DNA of 64,000 bases from Nitrospirales bacterium (GTDB lineage Bacteria; Nitrospirota; Nitrospiria; Nitrospirales; UBA8639), in the NCBI GenBank assembly GCA_965203295.1, contig CBDBCZ010000017.1:1056001-1120000 (forward strand). Reading direction: 5' to 3'. A program made the translations under genes and the position numbers. Below the pieces are notes generated by a model. The model searched no databases. It saw only the letters and a list, made by a program, of their open reading frames with translations, and had not been told where the DNA came from. Positions 1-41,975 of the stretch are shown here, piece by piece (positions within the stretch are counted from its first letter, which is position 1; the number at the start of each line of letters is the position of its first letter).

Positions 1-115
1 CTGGCTGGAACTATCTCGTGCCTATCCTTTACTCTAATCCTATCCCATTGATTCAGGATGAAGAAATGTACGTTCTCAGACCTTCGAATTTCTGTTAGAG
101 ATAGTACGTTAGCAT

Positions 116-268
116 CCAGGGTTTGGGTTAGGTTAGGGCTAGGGTTCACGTTAGCATCCACCTATGTTTAGGGTTTGGGTTAGGTTAGGGTTAGGGTTAG
201 GGTTCACGTTAGCATCCACCTATTTTTAGGGTTTGGGTTAGGTTAGGGTTAGGGTTAGGGTTAGGGTT
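116..268 (+). repeat. Degenerate (TTAGGG)n telomere-like repeat in three ~50-bp blocks
   Basis: Runs of ttagggttagggttaggg interspersed with ttcacgttagcatccacc. Confidence 0.8.
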
Positions 269-344
269 CAAATGTACATGCTAACATACACTCTCTATTG
301 TGACCTTCGCCCCCAGTAGCAAAGCGGAGCCTGGGACTAAGGCC

Positions 345-606
345 ATATGGAGAGTGTGAAGAAGAAGTGTAGTGCATTAAGGCTGAATGATATTGGCTGT
401 CACTGTAGGCTGCGTGGATGGTAGGGAATAAGGCTATATGGAGAATGTGCAGAAGAAGTGTAGTGCATTACGGCTGAATGATATTGGCTGTCACTGTAGG
501 CTGCGTGGATGGTAGGGAATAAGGCTATATGGAGAATGTGCAGAAGAAGTGTAGTGCATTAAGGCTGAATGATATTGGCTGTCACTGTAGGCTGCGTGGA
601 TGGTAG
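345..606. repeat. Tandem repeat, ~110-bp unit, ~2.5 copies
   Basis: atggagaatgtgcagaagaagtgtagtgcatt...ggctgcgtggatggtag repeated. Confidence 0.85.
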
Positions 607-734
607 CATAGCACGTTACTATGGCAGCTGTCTGTGTACTATGGAACACACACACACACACACAGGTTATCTATTATTGTTTTTTTTTTTGAAAAGCGTA
701 TCTGTGCCAAATTGGACACTATGTGCTTATACAT

Positions 735-769
735 TAGCCTCGAACCCAGCCGTCCTGGGTTCGAGGCTA
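735..769. mobile_element. 35-bp palindromic mini-MITE (TAGCCTCG...CGAGGCTA) with 9-bp TSD
   Basis: TSD cttatacat on both sides; terminal inverted repeat tagcctcgaacccag/ctgggttcgaggcta. Confidence 0.8.
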
Positions 770-1175
770 CTTATACATGTAGTGTATACAGTGTCATGTG
801 TGCATAAAGTAAATTTGTGCATGAGTGCACGTGTTTGTGTGTGCACCAGATCCGGCCAGTGCAGTTCAATTAAAAACTTGGTGGGCAGAAAGGCATCACA
901 TACGTAGTTCATTCAAGGTTCAAGGTTCAAGGGACATGTGTATGCTTGCATAAGACAAATCAATCTCTTTGTTGCTACTGGAAACAGAGTGGCACTGTCA
1001 CAATAATGCTGTAATAATTGACTATCATCATAACTTTCAGACCACTATAATAGTAACAGTCAACAGTCATTCACAAAATGGAATAGTCGTGGCTTCTTTT
1101 CTCCATTTAAGGACACTCCTCTAGATAAGGTCCCTCCATTGTGAAAGCTACATCCCTATAAAGGCAATCTTAAGG

Positions 1176-1595
1176 TAGTCTCGCGGGCCAGACTAACTTT
1201 TCGCTGCCTCCATGGGAAAAGTAAGTCTGGCCATCCGCTTATTCCATTCGGTGCAAGTGCGCCGGAATGCTGGCGCATTGTTCTTTTGCAATTAAACGCG
1301 TGACGTCACGTACAATGACAATCCGTTTCCGGTAGCGCGCTAGCTAGCTAGCTGCAGACTTCGCTGTTGACTGAGCGATTCGGGCTGGTTGTCTGAAACT
1401 AGCCTCTACCAGGCTTTGAAAAGAACGAGAGCAAGCCGTGTAAGACTGGTTCATGTTCGCCTGTGAAGTCACAATTAGCATTCAAACTACGTGACGTACA
1501 AATAATTGTAAATACCATGCACAAAAACGTGATAAGCGGATGACCAGACTAAACTTTTCCCACGGCAAAAAAAGTTGGTCTGGCCCGCGAGACTA
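1176..1595. mobile_element. Non-autonomous TIR element (TAGTCTCGCGGGCCAGAC termini), 9-bp TSD; AcademH-like or MULE-like
   Basis: TIRs at both ends; flanks atcttaagg / atcataagg. Confidence 0.8.
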
Positions 1596-2420
1596 ATCAT
1601 AAGGCTCCTGTCATATCAATAATGTGTAATGGACCTCTGTAATACAGCCACCCATTGCTACCATCCAACGGGAATGGCTACTAATATTCAAACATCTGTC
1701 AATTCTATCTCTGACGATACGATAATAGCCTCGTACCTCTTTAATGTACTTGGGTACGAAGCTATGACAGTAATAGGTATGTATGGAAGCAATATACTTG
1801 GTTCATTTCAAGACATACAGTGGAGCCTTCTTAAAGGAAACCCCTTAAAAATGGACACCTCTGTATTAAGGACACTTTGCTATAGCCCTGTAAATAAATT
1901 TACGCCTGAAATAAAGACACCTCTCTATACAGGAGACTTTACCAGGTACTTTGCAGGGATCATGTGACCATAATTGATGACTTTAGGGCAGAGTTACCAT
2001 AGCAATTATGTACAACAAGTACATGTAGATGAATAAATACTCTGCAGGGATCATGTGACCATAATTGATGACTTTAGGGCAGAGTTACCATAGCAAATAT
2101 GTACAACAAGTACATGTAGATGAATAAATACTTTTTTCCTTTGCCTCACTCCCACTTCTTCCTGATGAGGGGAGGAGGCTGGGGGCAAGTGAGTACAAGT
2201 GCTATAAACAGTAAACACAGCATCTAGCTACTGTGACAGCAGTTTTCATAAACTTTGTCACACAGCAAAACAGAAGCTGCAAAAATCACAGCTAGTGTAA
2301 ATTAGTTTGGTTTAAGAAGTGACCCTACTACTCCCTTCAGAAGAGGACTTCAAAGCCTAATTAATCACTTGCCCACCATTAGTGCAGTGGGCTTTACTCT
2401 AAATATGTAGCTCAAAAGGT

Positions 2421-2657
2421 ACAGAGGCTTGCAAGTTGGTTGTCCACAGGAGAAGGCAAATAGGCAGTGGCTCTCAAGTACTTAATTAGGTTAGGCTGTC
2501 AGAATCAAAGGCTAACAGTTTCTACTCTCAACTTTCCATTCCCTGTTGCACTGGACAATCAACTTGCAAACTAGTCACGTGCCCAGCCCGTAGCTCCTCC
2601 CCGTCACAGCGAGGGGAGGAGCGACGGGCTGGGTACGAGACTACTTGCAAACCTCTG
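2421..2657. mobile_element. TA-flanked MITE (CAGAGGTTTGCA...TGCAAACCTCTG) with a nested 72-bp TAG-type mini-MITE at 2572-2643
   Basis: Related copies at ~22004-22140, ~29330-29790 and ~34455-34622; the nested element has TSD cttgcaaac. Confidence 0.75.
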
Positions 2658-5099
2658 TATGTAGTTAAAACTGCTGAGGAGGCTGGGGGCAAGAGAGTAC
2701 AAGTGCTATAAACAGTAAACACAGCATCTAGCTACTGTGACAGCAGTTTTCATAAACCTTGTCACACTGCAAAACAGAAGCTGGCAAAATCACAGCTAGT
2801 GTAAATTAGTTTGGTTTAAGAAGTGACCCTACTACTCCCTTCAGAAGAGGACTTCAAAGCCTAATTAATCACACCCACCCATTAGTACAGTGGGCCTATC
2901 TCCAATAGCTGCTGTAGCTGATCCACTACAACTCTCATGGGAACATGACCTAGCAAATGCTGTATAGTGTTTGTGTGTGGGTGCTATCTCCTTGAATGGT
3001 GTGGCTAGTTCAGCTTTGATTTATAGTGAGGTAGCTTTGCATCACCTCCCCTATAAAGGCCACTTTGTTGGATCTGAAATTACAATGAAGCTCGGGAACA
3101 TTTCAAATACAGAGCTAGAGTGTAAGAGCCGTGCTTCTTGGCTCTTATTTACATGTATAACAGCTATGCCTTTATTTCTGAGAAAGCACAATGGTTGATG
3201 GTTGGCAAGATGTAGGGATGCCATGGTAATCCGTGAAAGTTCTGTTGTGTCATTCCTACCTTGTTTGGTTACTTCTTTGCAATTCCATCCCTACATGCTC
3301 TTTCATTTTAATGGTTTATCTAAACTTTTTTATTACAACCACAGCTATGTCTTTATTTCTAAGAAAGCACAATTGTTTCTGAATTGCAGCCATTTGTAAT
3401 ATCTGAATGTCCTTTACCAGGAATGGGGGGCAATAAATGGAGAAAATACCTGAAAACATGCATGTTTTTGTGCTCTCATGTAAATTTAAACATGAAAGCA
3501 CAAAAACATGAATGTTTCCATGTAAATTTCCCATTTAGTGCCTACTTTTACATCCCCATTACATCATAATGGGAAAGGGTCTATTGCAGCCATTTGTATT
3601 TGGTCTGGAGGTACTCTGATATGAACCCAGGTCTGACTACATGCAAAAACACTGATATGGCTGCATCCCTGTCAGTATGATGTAATGACTGCTAGAGTGA
3701 CAGTGTACATACATATATGCCATATTGAGGGATTGTTTTTGCCGTCTATGTAGTAGAAAGCCGGTTAATTAGTGAGGACACAACAATTACCAATGTACTT
3801 ATTAGTACTGAATTTCAGTATTGTAATAGGGAGTTTCTACCCACTGGGGCTTATCTGGAATTTATAAAAGTCCCAGTGGGATAAGAAGCACCAACACCTT
3901 ACAGAAGCCAAAAATTGTATGAGCTTCATTGTACATAACTGCCTAATGAGTCTTAACTAATCTAGTTTTCAAACAATCTATGTGTTCACTGAACTTTGCA
4001 AAAGATGTTCTACAGCTTGTTACTATGTGGAGGTGTGTACGTACAAATGTTCAGTAAATGATTTACTCAAAGAGTTAGAACTTTAATAATACGAGAACAT
4101 AATTGGTATGAAATTACAAACTGTAGGCTCCAATAAACTTACAAATTCAAACATTTAACCTCCTCTGCAAATTGGCATTTAAGTATATAACCTCTTTTCG
4201 TAAGTATAAGTATGTAGATAAATAGATTATGCCGTCATTTTGTACACATATACTGGCAACGCCATTTTTTTCCAGGGGCCATCCCCACATATGGAGTAAC
4301 GGACAATACCCTGATCGTTACATTTTATGAAGATGAAGGGAAGCTAGTTCAAAGAAATCCATTCGCAAAATAAGTACGTGTATACTACACAACAATATTA
4401 CGAAGGGAAGCTATGTCAAAGCAGTCTATTCACAAAGGAAGCACCCAGGATTGCATAACAATATGCATCTCTTTACACTACAGTGAACCCCTGGACACCT
4501 TCGGAACAAAGTAAAGTGTCCTGTTATACATTTGGGACATTACAAACTGTAATACAGAGGTGTCCTCAATTCTAAAGTCCAGAATAGAGGGGTTTCACTG
4601 TGCTACCACTATAGACTAAACATTAACATGTATAGCCGAAACTGCCAACAAATGACCTTTTAACTACCCACTCATGGAGCCATTATGAAATCACAAACTA
4701 ATGGGCTCAAATATTTACGATGAAAGACAAAATTAAAACTGCACTTGGCTAAAGATCCTAATAGCAGAATTTGTAGCAACAAGAAACGACAGACGGTTAG
4801 ATGTGCATGACATGTGCAATAAAAATAAATGTAACTTTCCAAAAAGGGTCAATTCAGAAGTTGCAAAAAAGTGTATATGAAGCAGGAGCTATAATGAGCG
4901 TTGATAAATAGATTGTTCATGGGCTCCTGCATATAGAGGTACACTGTACGTATATGCTCTTTTTAAAGCGAAATTTAGCTTCTGTGCAAAGTGGTCTTAT
5001 TTTCTCAGACTCTAGCTATACATGCAGCAGCAAAGTGGACTTCATACGCATCTCCACGGAGAGGCCCCTTTACTCAACACCAACACATGACATTACTGC

Positions 5100-5370
5100 C
5101 TACAGCATTGCAGGTTAGCATATATTGAGCACATGGAAGAACTGTCAAAGGTATTGCAGATAGGCAGTTATTGAGCACACGAAATAACTGTCAAAAATAC
5201 ATGTATAGCAGATGGGCAGATATTGAGCACGTGCAAGCACTGTCAAAGGCATTGCAGATAGGCAGTTATTGAGCACACGAAATAACTGTCAAAAATATAG
5301 CAGATGGGCAGATATTGAGCACGTGCAAGAACTGTCAAAGGTATAGCAGATGAGTAAATATTGAGCATGG
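5100..5370. repeat. Minisatellite, ~38-bp degenerate unit
   Basis: gcagataggcagttattgagcac...aactgtcaaa repeated about 7 times. Confidence 0.75.
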
Positions 5371-5663
5371 ATGATAATCAACCGACACAGGTGACCAAGG
5401 TAAAATGACTCTAACTGTAAACACTGGCAGTGTAACTACAAAAATACCAGCTTGTTTTCCACCTACACAAGTACCTTGGGCAGTGAACTTTTTACAGTAC
5501 ATGCACAGTTACGGGCTCTATTATCTATGGTACATGTACGTAGATGTTTCCAACGCCCAATTAGCGCGATTTAACATGTTTGACTACAAGCATCCCTGTC
5601 AGCTGAACTCGTGTTCAATTGCAGTATACTGATGGATGCATACACTATGGGCCCATCTCTTAC

Positions 5664-5749
5664 TTTTTAGCTTCCTCCAGTCGGCACAGGTACTCGTACG
5701 CCGTGTCTCTCTCAGTGTCCTTGTGCGAGACTTCACCATTCACAGCCAT
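5664..5749 (-). CDS. IQGAP: IQGAP family protein, first coding exon (gene continues left of the window)
   Basis: ATG at 5749 gives MAVNGEVSHKDTERDTAYEYLCRLEEAKK followed by a GTAAG donor (phase 2); matches the conserved IQGAP N-terminal motif AYEYLCHLEEAKRW. Confidence 0.85.
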
Positions 5750-7050
5750 TTTCTCGATTGACTATACTAAACATTAAACTGCACTGATCGATGATCATCA
5801 CACTAGCCACGCCTACGTTTGCATGTTCGCGCACTACTCCGTTCACGTTCGCATTCTTGTGTGCTATTACGTAATAGCCTCAGGCTCACGTATGTACGGG
5901 TTTTCCCCATGAATAAGCGCCCACGTGGACTCTACTATCTGTGGCATAACGATATAACACACTCGACAGGTAAGATGATCTGACGGATAGTAAACCATAC
6001 GTGTAGCTACAGAGTGAGTGGGCTAACCCTAGCTGAATTTGCATATACCCCTCATTAAATTTTAGGGCAACAATATTACATTGTGCAGAATTTTATTGTC
6101 TCGCAAACCAGCCTCACTCCTCAACCAAGAGTAGTGAGGCAGGCACACGAGACTACAATGTAGAAGGGAAATATTTCCAGTCATTGGGGTAGGTCCCCGT
6201 CTCCTTTTTAATTTACAAGGAACTACATCATTATAATAGAATAAACTTGGGCGATAGAGAAGAGAAATGTCATTGATTGTTAACAGTATAGCTACAACTC
6301 GCACTCAGGCATATCCATACAGAAACTTAAAGTTTCCCATGTGTTCATAATGTAAACGGATGAATGAAGGGGGTATTTACAGTCCAAATGGTACTTAATA
6401 GCAATTCACAATGAAGTGCATGACACACAACTCACACACACACACACACACACACACACATCTAAAGCCCATTAGTGTAGTTGGCTTCTCTGCAAACTTG
6501 CCAAGACGTTAACTCTAGGATGTGTTCCTTTATAAAGTAATGTATAAGGTTGAGGGGTACTTATATTATAATTTATTGCATGAGTGCAATTTGCAGGAGT
6601 AATATATATGCGAAGTGCATACATGAGCATCTTACAAACTACTCCTGATTATAATGCACAACTGCATGTGAATCTATGCTATAAATGTACTGCTACTGAA
6701 TAATAAGGACTGAAAGAATTAAGTATGTAACTACGTAGTTGACAATGTTCAGCACATGACTGTATCGTGCATGTTATACAGCCATAACATATGTACTCCA
6801 TATTAATACATAGCTACATATCATGTGGCAAATTTATGTGCGTCCACAATGTATGAAATTGTGCACTGGGAAAAATGGTTAGATATAATTGTTATCAGAT
6901 TCTACGTACATCAACTTAAGTATTACTATCTGTAGTTGCATAATGATTATGTAATCTTCAAAAGAGTATATATACTCACGGTAGTAATTAGCATTGAAGT
7001 GCATGACACACAACTTACACAACACACACACATACACACACACACACACA

Positions 7051-7088
<38 letters not shown>

Positions 7089-7198
7089 ACACAATGCAGT
7101 AGATTGAATACAGTCACGATATAAAAACAATAAGTGGTGCCACTCACAGCCAGTGGAGCAACTAACTTTGAAGAACAAAAACCTGAAAATATATCCAG

Positions 7199-8998
7199 TT
7201 ATGCACACAACACAAATTTTGCCTCATGCTTCTCATTGGGAGCCTTCATGCATCGCCCTGACAGGTACGTAGCTACCACCTGGATGTCTTCAAGCTGGTT
7301 GGGATCAACCGTCTTGGGATTGTTCGACAAGATCAGCAAATCGGCAATCTTGCCCACTTCCAAGCTCCCAAGCTTGTGGTCCAGTTTCAGCTGCCACGCT
7401 GCATTGATCGTGTAGGCCTTGATGGCATCGTCGATGGAGACACAAAAATCTGGGCCGAGCGGCTCACTGTCTTTCTCTTTCGGTTTCCTGGTGACGGCAG
7501 TTTTGATGCAGCGAAGAGGGGACACGGGAGAGCATGGAGTGTCCTGGTGTAGTGTCCAGCGAATGCCGTGCTTTGTAGCCAGGGCCACGGGTGTGAAGCG
7601 TGTCGCACGTTCCTCTCCCAGTATCTCATCACGCAACACCGTGCCATAGTAGTAGATGTGATCAGAGTAGAAGGTTGCGGTGACTCCTAGTTCGGCTGCA
7701 CGACCAAGCTGGTCATCGGTGACCAAACCAAGATGCTCCATTCGGTAGCGATGGTCGTCCGGACAGGAAGTCCTGAGGACTTTGTCGTACGCTTCCAGGG
7801 CTTGATCGATGGCCCTCTCACCGTGTGAGTGAATGGCGATCAGCCAGCTCCCATCTTTGTGAAACGGCTCAATAGCTGCAGCCAGGTCGTCTGCGTTCTT
7901 CCAAACAAGTGCTCCGCAGGGGTGTTCTTCTCGAGGGAAGCCGAGTCTCCGAGTCAACTCGTTGTCCAGATACGGTTCCTTGACGGCCATAGTTCCGGCA
8001 TACGGCGACCCATCTGCAAAGAACTTTATTCCGGCATACCAGAGCTTCGGATTACGATACCCGGGAGCTGGCTTCTCCTTGGAGTCATGGAGAACGTAAA
8101 GACCGAGGCGTACGGGACACTCCTCCTTGGTGGTGACTGTCTGCAGAAGCTCGTTGATCCCGGGAACCATAGCCTGAGCCATCTCTGTTACAGTCGTGAA
8201 TCCCTGGCTGGAGTACGTCTTGAGAGATTTGAGAAGCGCTTCGCAGGTCTCCTGCGGGGTGGGAACAGGCTCGACTTTGGAAATGATGGCCAAGATTCCC
8301 GGTGCCTCCCTCACGAGGCCAGTCAGGCGACCCTTCGAGTCGTGGTCAAAGAAACCGCCGGGAGGGTTGGGTGTGCTGTCGTCGACACCTGCCGCTTCGA
8401 ACGCCTTGTGATTCACCCAGGCGCAGTGTCCGTTCTGAGCCACGACTACCACCGGATAATCGGTCGTATATTCATCAAGTTTGTCGGCACTCAACAGAGG
8501 TAGGTCACGAACAAGGATAGGGTCCCAGCCCCAGAAGAGGAGCCACGGGGTTTCCGGAACAGCCTCCGCCAAAACTTCGTCCATGACCTTCTTCACGTCC
8601 GCATACGAGTGGCAGGTGGATCCGGTCACGTCGTGATACCTCTCGGAGGTGGTGTCGGCGTTGATGATGGCGTGAGAGTGCGGCTCGATGAAGCCGGGTA
8701 GCAGCGTCTGGTCGTTCTGGAGAAAAACCACCTCGGTGTTTGGGCCGAGCAGCTTAAAGACGTCGCTCGCTTTCCCCACGGCGCTGATCCTCCCGCCCTG
8801 AACGGCGAGCGCTTCGGGCGTGGGATTCGACTCGTCGATGGTCAAGATCGTTCCTCCGAGAAAGATGAGGTCCGCGCCGTCATTGCCGTCGCTCTCCGCT
8901 TCTAGAAGGCTGTCGTCAGGAACTTGCTCCAACTGCAGCTCTTGATCTGAGCCGCCAGCCGCAGACTCGGACTTCTTCCGTGCCAGCTGCTGTCCCAT
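7199..8998 (-). CDS. Intronless metal-dependent amidohydrolase, YtcJ-like (Amidohydro_3), ~599 aa
   Basis: Single ORF from ATG 8998 (MGQQLA...). Motifs: PGFIEPHSH (HxH), GIKFFADGS, IHSHGERA, RMEH, HQDTP, YTINAAWQ...GSLEVGKIADL. Confidence 0.93.
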   Translation of the reverse strand: MGQQLARKKSESAAGGSDQELQLEQVPDDSLLEAESDGNDGADLIFLGGTILTIDESNPTPEALAVQGGRISAVGKASDVFKLLGPNTEVVFLQNDQTLLPGFIEPHSHAIINADTTSERYHDVTGSTCHSYADVKKVMDEVLAEAVPETPWLLFWGWDPILVRDLPLLSADKLDEYTTDYPVVVVAQNGHCAWVNHKAFEAAGVDDSTPNPPGGFFDHDSKGRLTGLVREAPGILAIISKVEPVPTPQETCEALLKSLKTYSSQGFTTVTEMAQAMVPGINELLQTVTTKEECPVRLGLYVLHDSKEKPAPGYRNPKLWYAGIKFFADGSPYAGTMAVKEPYLDNELTRRLGFPREEHPCGALVWKNADDLAAAIEPFHKDGSWLIAIHSHGERAIDQALEAYDKVLRTSCPDDHRYRMEHLGLVTDDQLGRAAELGVTATFYSDHIYYYGTVLRDEILGEERATRFTPVALATKHGIRWTLHQDTPCSPVSPLRCIKTAVTRKPKEKDSEPLGPDFCVSIDDAIKAYTINAAWQLKLDHKLGSLEVGKIADLLILSNNPKTVDPNQLEDIQVVATYLSGRCMKAPNEKHEAKFVLCA

Positions 8999-9112
8999 GT
9001 TCTCCGAGCTCTCTCTTACCTCCCTTCCCACGAAACCGAAGAATCATGTGATTAGCGTTAACCTAGCCCCTCCCACTTCGGCCTGCGCGCAAGTCTCAAC
9101 CATGTACCAGCC

Positions 9113-9214
9113 TAGCCTCGAACCCAGGCCTTCCACGCAGATTTTTTCGCAGCCGTGGCAAAAATCGCGCACGGCTGCGAAAAAATCTGCGTGGAAGGCC
9201 TGGGTTCGAGGCTA
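9113..9214. mobile_element. 102-bp palindromic TAG-type MITE with 9-bp TSD, ~115 bp upstream of the amidohydrolase ATG
   Basis: TSD gtaccagcc on both sides; near-perfect palindrome. Confidence 0.85.
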
Positions 9215-10094
9215 GTACCAGCCCACTTTATTTCCGCAGCGCCGATCGCTAATTAGTATCGTGCCGATACTGAAAGCGATCGGCGCTGAGGATCAAAGTG
9301 GGCTGGCTCGCGAGACTACGGATCCCGCACGACATAGCGACGTCATGCGATATGCAGTCGACTTTGTACATGAAGCCAATTTAATTAACTTCAAGTTGCT
9401 TGGGGATAACAAGAGTGCATATTAAAGGTTCCCCGTCCATGCCCATGGGAATATGTACATGTGACTGATAAACCATACTTACAGTGCAGGGTTTGATGCA
9501 CTACCAAATTAGAAGCTTCATGAAGTCTCTAATACCTTCGGTTTGCTGATGTAAACTGCTATCATGGCTGTACATGTATATGTATTAAATCGCTTGAAGT
9601 GCATATGCATATGCGCGCGCGTACCAGCACGTGAGTCAGTCTGGGACTGATACACTGGTTCCAGGCACCAGTCTGGGACTGGGACAATATGGGTCTGGAG
9701 GCTGGACTCCCAACCCAAAAACTGCATGCAGACATCAGTGCTCGATATACCAATGCACAATCACACACTAATAACAATACAGTCAGCTGTGATAAGACAA
9801 TACTATTTATACAAACTCTGTTGTACAAAGACATGTAGATATTTGCGTAGTAGTAAGTGCATACTGTTTCAATAGTGAGAGCAGGCCAATGTGCTATAAA
9901 GTGATGATATGCAAAGCTCGAATCAAAAACAGGGACTACTTGGTGTGAAGAGTGGATTCGTTCAATAATAATAATAATCAAATAGTTAAATTTTCTTTAC
10001 TTTTTCGGGCGTTATTACTAATCACAAAGTAATGGATGGGGCTTGAGATGAAAGGGGGACCAGGAAGTGAATTCTAGCTGCTAGACACTCGGCA

Positions 10095-40558
<30,464 letters not shown>

Positions 40559-41975
40559 ATTCAAAATGACACTCCAAGTCTTCACTCAGCTCAGTGAGGC
40601 GAGTCGACGGTGATAAATGATGATCGAACAAGTGGATCGCAAGTAGGTCCCAACAGATTAACGCTTCAGCGTGTCTTCACTCTCACAAACTAAGCTAAAC
40701 GGCAGCAGTGGAGTACAAGTGCTGATGCCGCGCGGTAGAATAAATTTATGTGCACATGTGTCGTTTATGATGATTGCGGTTATGTTATAAACGCCCACCG
40801 GATTGGATGATTTATAGTTACGCCCACGTGAGGCTTCCGTTATTAAAACCGCGATTTTGCCGGGAAATCCTCCTCACTTCGTTTGACTCGCGAGAATAGG
40901 TGTGAGTTCCCTTAGCTACGGCTGAGTGTAAAGTGATAACCGCTTATAAACGCTTTACACTCCATAAACTGCAGAAAAGGCAAGCAACCACTTGCGAGTT
41001 CCTTCGGACAAAGGTCAGCGTTTGCACGATCGATCGATCGGGTATTTGTGTAAGTCTGCAGAAAGAGGGCGTGGCACGGATATGCTGCACGACATTGCGG
41101 TCTGGTATGTAGGCAAACTAACGGTCTGGGAGTTGCCTTTTGGGCTTAGTAGGGGTGTGACCGATAATTGTTGGCATCAACATTGATTCCGGCACGAATA
41201 TTTTAGTTCAAGAAGCCATATTATTGCAAACTGAAGCCATACTGTTGCAACATATAGGTTCCCGATGAATACATGTACAAGTACCCCACTCTAATGTTTG
41301 AGAGCAAACAGTATTCGCGAAATGGACTCGTGTGTGGGGGGAATAGGTGCAGCTGTCAACTTACATTGTACTTTGTCTAAATACATGTAATGTCTACTAT
41401 GTGCTTTGAGGTGTTCTTGCTCTCTGTGGTGAGAACTCATCATGTTGCATGAGAGACTCAACGAGACCAGACTGATCTGATTTCCGAGTGGCTACTCCGA
41501 CGGTTAGGATTAGGATTAGGATTGTAGGGCTTAGCTAAAGGCCAACCTTTTGGATTCAGAGCTAGCTGTCTGGTGTAGCCTCGAACCTAGCCGCCCCAAC
41601 TTTTTTCGCTTGCATGAAGCAAAAAGCGCTTCATGGTGTCAGTATCAAGATGCAGGCTATAGTGGACGAGCGCGCATGGGTGTACATTGCCTATATAATG
41701 TACTTCATGCCAAACCAATAGCCATGTCCTAAAAATTTAACTATGTGTCTGTCTGTCTGTACATACCATCCTACCATCAATGTAATGCAGCAGAACGTAT
41801 TGATACATCTACATGTACATGTACTTGTATTAGTAGGAGTGACAGAAATTTGAGACTGGCCCTATTTGCTAATTGGTGCCTAATTGGTGCCTCCCACATT
41901 GATCATACATATGCCATATGGTGCTGTATGCTGTGTACATGTAGGTCAAAGCTGTAAATTTAAATTCTTGGATGC

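Noticed and set aside
7829..8503. 224-aa ORF on the + strand
   Set aside because: Antisense shadow of the amidohydrolase CDS
8999..9031. Upstream extension of the amidohydrolase ORF in the ORF track
   Set aside because: Starts at GTG; the first ATG at 8998 is more plausible in a eukaryote
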